DNA of 64,000 nt from Cyanophora paradoxa CCMP329 (Eukaryota > Plantae > Glaucophyta). The position numbers and the translations under genes were made by a program. Where the stretch lies: the NCBI GenBank assembly GCA_004431415.1, contig QPMI01000627.1, positions 1 through 64,000 on the forward strand, written 5' to 3'. Below the pieces are notes generated by a model. The model was not told the DNA's origin. It did not search any database and was given only the letters and a program-made list of their open reading frames with translations. Positions 61,101 through 64,000 of the stretch are shown in pieces. Position 1 is the first letter of the stretch. The number at the start of each line of letters is the position of its first letter.

Positions 61101-62179
61101 CGGCGACGCCAGCGGCCCTCGGGGGGAACACGACCACGCACGTCCCAGGTGGTGGCGCCTTCCTGCCCGGGGACGACCTGGCCCTCGATGATCTGCTTCT
61201 CGCCATAGACGACCTTGTCGACCTTGACCTGCTGCTTCGTCTCGAGGAAGCCTGCGGTCGGTGCGATTAGCGCGGCTGGATCCGCAAAGCGGCGCTGGCA
61301 GCGCGGACCCTTCTCCTTGACCGGCACGGTCTTCTCGTCGTGGCCCATGCGCTCGTACGGCTGCGTGATCCTGCGCGGCGCCTCAGCGCGCGGCCCCGCA
61401 GCGAGAACCCGGCGGAGGGCGGGATTGCCGCGCACTTCCAGGTGCCTGCGGAGCGCCGTCAGCGCGCGCGGATTTGAGGGAACGCGAGCGGCAGCGGCGG
61501 CGCTCGCGCACCGGCGCGCTTGGCGTCGGCGGTGTACTCGGCATCACCGTGGATGTGGATCTTGGCGGGGCCCAGCACCTCTCCCACGACTACGCGGGGG
61601 TCGGTCAGCCGCAGGCGCCCCTGGGGCCCCGGCGCGAGGCGAGCGGCGCCGCGCACTCTTGAAGGGCCGCACGAAGTCGACCTGCTTCACGTGGAAGCCG
61701 TCCTGCGCCGAGCACTGGTCCTCCACAAACGCCGCTGTGAAACGCGTGCTTCAGGGCGCAGCCTGCGGGCACGGGCCGCGCGGCGACTTTGACGCACGAC
61801 GCGTGAGGGCCGCCTGTATGTACTCGACCTGCGCCAGGGGTCAGGGCTTGTGGTACGTAAGCGTGCGGGTGCGACGACGGCGCACCGACTGATCATCCTG
61901 AATGGCGGCCTCGTCGTAGGCCCGGGCGTAGGCGGGGCCCTCTGTGAGCTCGGGAGCCGGCTCAAAGTGCGCCTCCGGCGGCAGAAGGTCGCTCAGGAGG
62001 CCAAGAACGGGCGGGGCCGGCTCGGACTCGCCAACCGGCTCCGGCTCGATCAGGACGGGCCCCCGTCCGTAAGACGGGTGCTCCACGTTCTTCACCGAGC
62101 CGAGGCCTTCGGTGGGCGGCGGGGAGTTGCCAAAGTTGCCGGGGAGAAGATTGGGATCGAAGTCGTCCACTGGGGCCAT
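58110..62179 (-). CDS. Unknown large protein family, copy D (shared core, different N- and C-terminal modules)
   Basis: 60220-61250 near-identical to copies A-C including introns; flanks homologous but divergent ([16 protein letters not shown]; [22 protein letters not shown]); unique C-terminal region ending SADDEVSAACPCQTNQEVVLAC*. Confidence 0.8.
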
Positions 62180-62580
62180 CTCGAAAGACTGTCGATGCCG
62201 GCCGCGGTGTGCGACTCGCTGACCTCAGCTAACTATGTGGCTACGTGCGATTATGTATATACACGCCGACTGAACTTTTGCCGCTGAATTAAGGGCAGCA
62301 GAAAGGAACTGCTTTTCCGGCCAGCCACCAACAAGACCCAACGTGATGAGACCTGCTGCGCATGCAGCTGCTAGGAGCACGGAAAAAAGGGGGGACCTGT
62401 CCGACTGGGGTACGCATATACAGTGTTTTTGCCATTGCGAACTTCGAATTCTGATCGGCCTGTTTTTTTAATTCTTAATGATCTAGAAACGTGGCAAGTG
62501 CTCTTAGGAGGTTCGCTTCTGTACCAAGTAGTTAGTTCCTTCTACCGGTTTGCCCAGCGCACTGTAGGTCCGGTCCGGAC

Positions 62581-63137
62581 CAGTGATGTTATCATGATAA
62601 TGATGTTCTATCATGATAATGATATGATGCATGATATCATCATGATACGGACCCCATCATGGCTATCATCATGGCATGATGATGATAGATCCCCCCCCCA
62701 GACCCCCCAAACCGCGATCGCGAGCCTCGGAGTTTCTCACGCTCCAAACACCTTAGCAGAGTTAAATAAGTAATCGAGAGAGTGATTAACATGATCTTTA
62801 GCAGAAAGCGCACCGAAATATTTAATAGCGCTAGCGATGTTAACGTTCTTGCCATCACAGCGTCTCCACCGGTACCCCCCTCTGGCCCATGGCCATCGCC
62901 ATCACAGCGCTAGCGCCAGGTGTAGAGGATGTGTCTGAGTTGGATTATAGTGCAGCTCTATGCTTCTTCTGTCGACTTTCGTGTCAAAACGACATCTTTG
63001 CAGCAACTTTCACTGTTTCACATGTACAGCGCCGGGAACTTTGTATGCATATGGTGATAATGCTATGATATGATATGATATGATGATGATAATGATATCA
63101 TGACTTTTTGGGCGGCCGTATCATGATAACATCACTG
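62581..63137. mobile_element. hAT-superfamily MITE 1 (~557 bp)
   Basis: Perfect 19-bp TIRs CAGTGATGTTATCATGATA (62581-62599 / 63119-63137), 8-bp TSD GTCCGGAC (62573-62580, 63138-63145), ATCATGAT subterminal repeats, no ORF. Confidence 0.85.
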
Positions 63138-63215
63138 GTCCGGACTCCGGAGGACCGGATCCGGATCCTACGGATTCCTACCGTCCTATAGCTACGCGTC
63201 TACGTATACCCCGGG

Positions 63216-63666
63216 TAGGGTTGGCAGCTTGAAATTTCAAGCCATTGAAAATGCATTGAAATTGAAAATTCAATTTCACTTTCAATGCCGTTCGGTTGAA
63301 ATTGCATTGAAATAGAATATAAAAATAATATAAAAGATATTGAATTTGTCCGTTTCCCCACCCCGGCCGGGCCGGGCCCTTCGCTTCCCCTTCCCAGGCC
63401 GGGCCAGCCCCCCGGGCCCCGGCCTTACCAGGAGCCCTCGCGATCGAGCTCCCAGCCCGTTCAGAGACTCGAAGACTGTGATAGAGCTTAGAGTGGAGTC
63501 GATTATGAGTGAAACTTGAAAGAGACTCTCAGCAATGCGTAGGGTCTCTAAAAGAGCTGCACTAGTACTGCAGGTTGAAATTTCAATTGAATTTTCAAAG
63601 CTTTCAAAGGGTCGACTTTCAGTTTCAACGCCAAAATTTTGAATTTCATGAAATTCACCAACCCTA
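63216..63666. mobile_element. hAT-superfamily MITE 2 (~451 bp)
   Basis: TIRs TAGGGTTGG / CCAACCCTA, 8-bp TSD ACCCCGGG (63208-63215, 63667-63674), TTGAA/TTCAA subterminal repeats. Confidence 0.85.
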
Positions 63667-64000
63667 ACCCCGGGTAGGCGACCTCTGCTTGCAATTGTGG
63701 CCTCTGCTAGGCTGTAAATTAGGGAGTAGGGCTGTCGCCAGTGATGGAATTAATAATAACCCCCAAAATGGGACTTTATAAGAATCATTATTAATAGTTA
63801 ATAATTAGTTATTAGTAGATTATTAATTACTTCCTCATAGAAGCGCGAAACCACGCGTTGATGGAGCGCTGCCGCACGTTTCTGGTGCTAAACACTCTTG
63901 TATAAGCTGCTTTAGCATTGCGAGTGCCCTCTATATCTGTTTGGGGTCGAATGAAAGGGTTAAAGTGCGATCAAGGGGGTACTGGATGGTCTGGAGCTGC

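Noticed and set aside
63660-63672. accctaaccc as a telomeric repeat
   Set aside because: Explained by the MITE TIR plus TSD; not a tandem array

Overview
Very GC-rich, gene-dense eukaryotic DNA with many short introns (mostly ~50-90 nt), so the raw ORF track is largely misleading and all genes were reassembled by hand across splice sites. Three plastid-type enzymes start with Phe-containing transit peptides (MSAFAV, MASFAV, MAFATA), which together with the GC content and intron density suggests a glaucophyte alga (Cyanophora-like; inference). Recognisable genes: copine (partial), Nup43, ArgJ, an ARF-like GTPase, GatC, a GT23/FUT8-like glycosyltransferase, an ankyrin-TIR-TIR protein, an ACT-less aspartate kinase, a D-amino-acid aminotransferase, CSN2, a CRAL-TRIO protein, an ankyrin protein and CSN5. 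Accessory content: three tandem copies plus one distant mosaic copy of an unknown large beta-rich/coiled-coil protein, three leaderless WCGHC thioredoxin/PDI-like genes, and two hAT-type MITEs. Highlights: (1) GC-AG donors outnumber GT-AG in some genes (12 of 18 in CSN2) and CSN5 has a GA-AG intron; (2) a 3-nt microexon conserved in three paralogs; (3) the unknown family and the PDI-like family, both without signal peptides, share an acidic C-terminal ELA[AG][DE][DE] motif, a candidate undescribed co-targeted module; (4) the adjacent aspartate kinase and D-amino-acid aminotransferase could supply plastid peptidoglycan precursors. Exon coordinates are hand-derived and approximate where stated.
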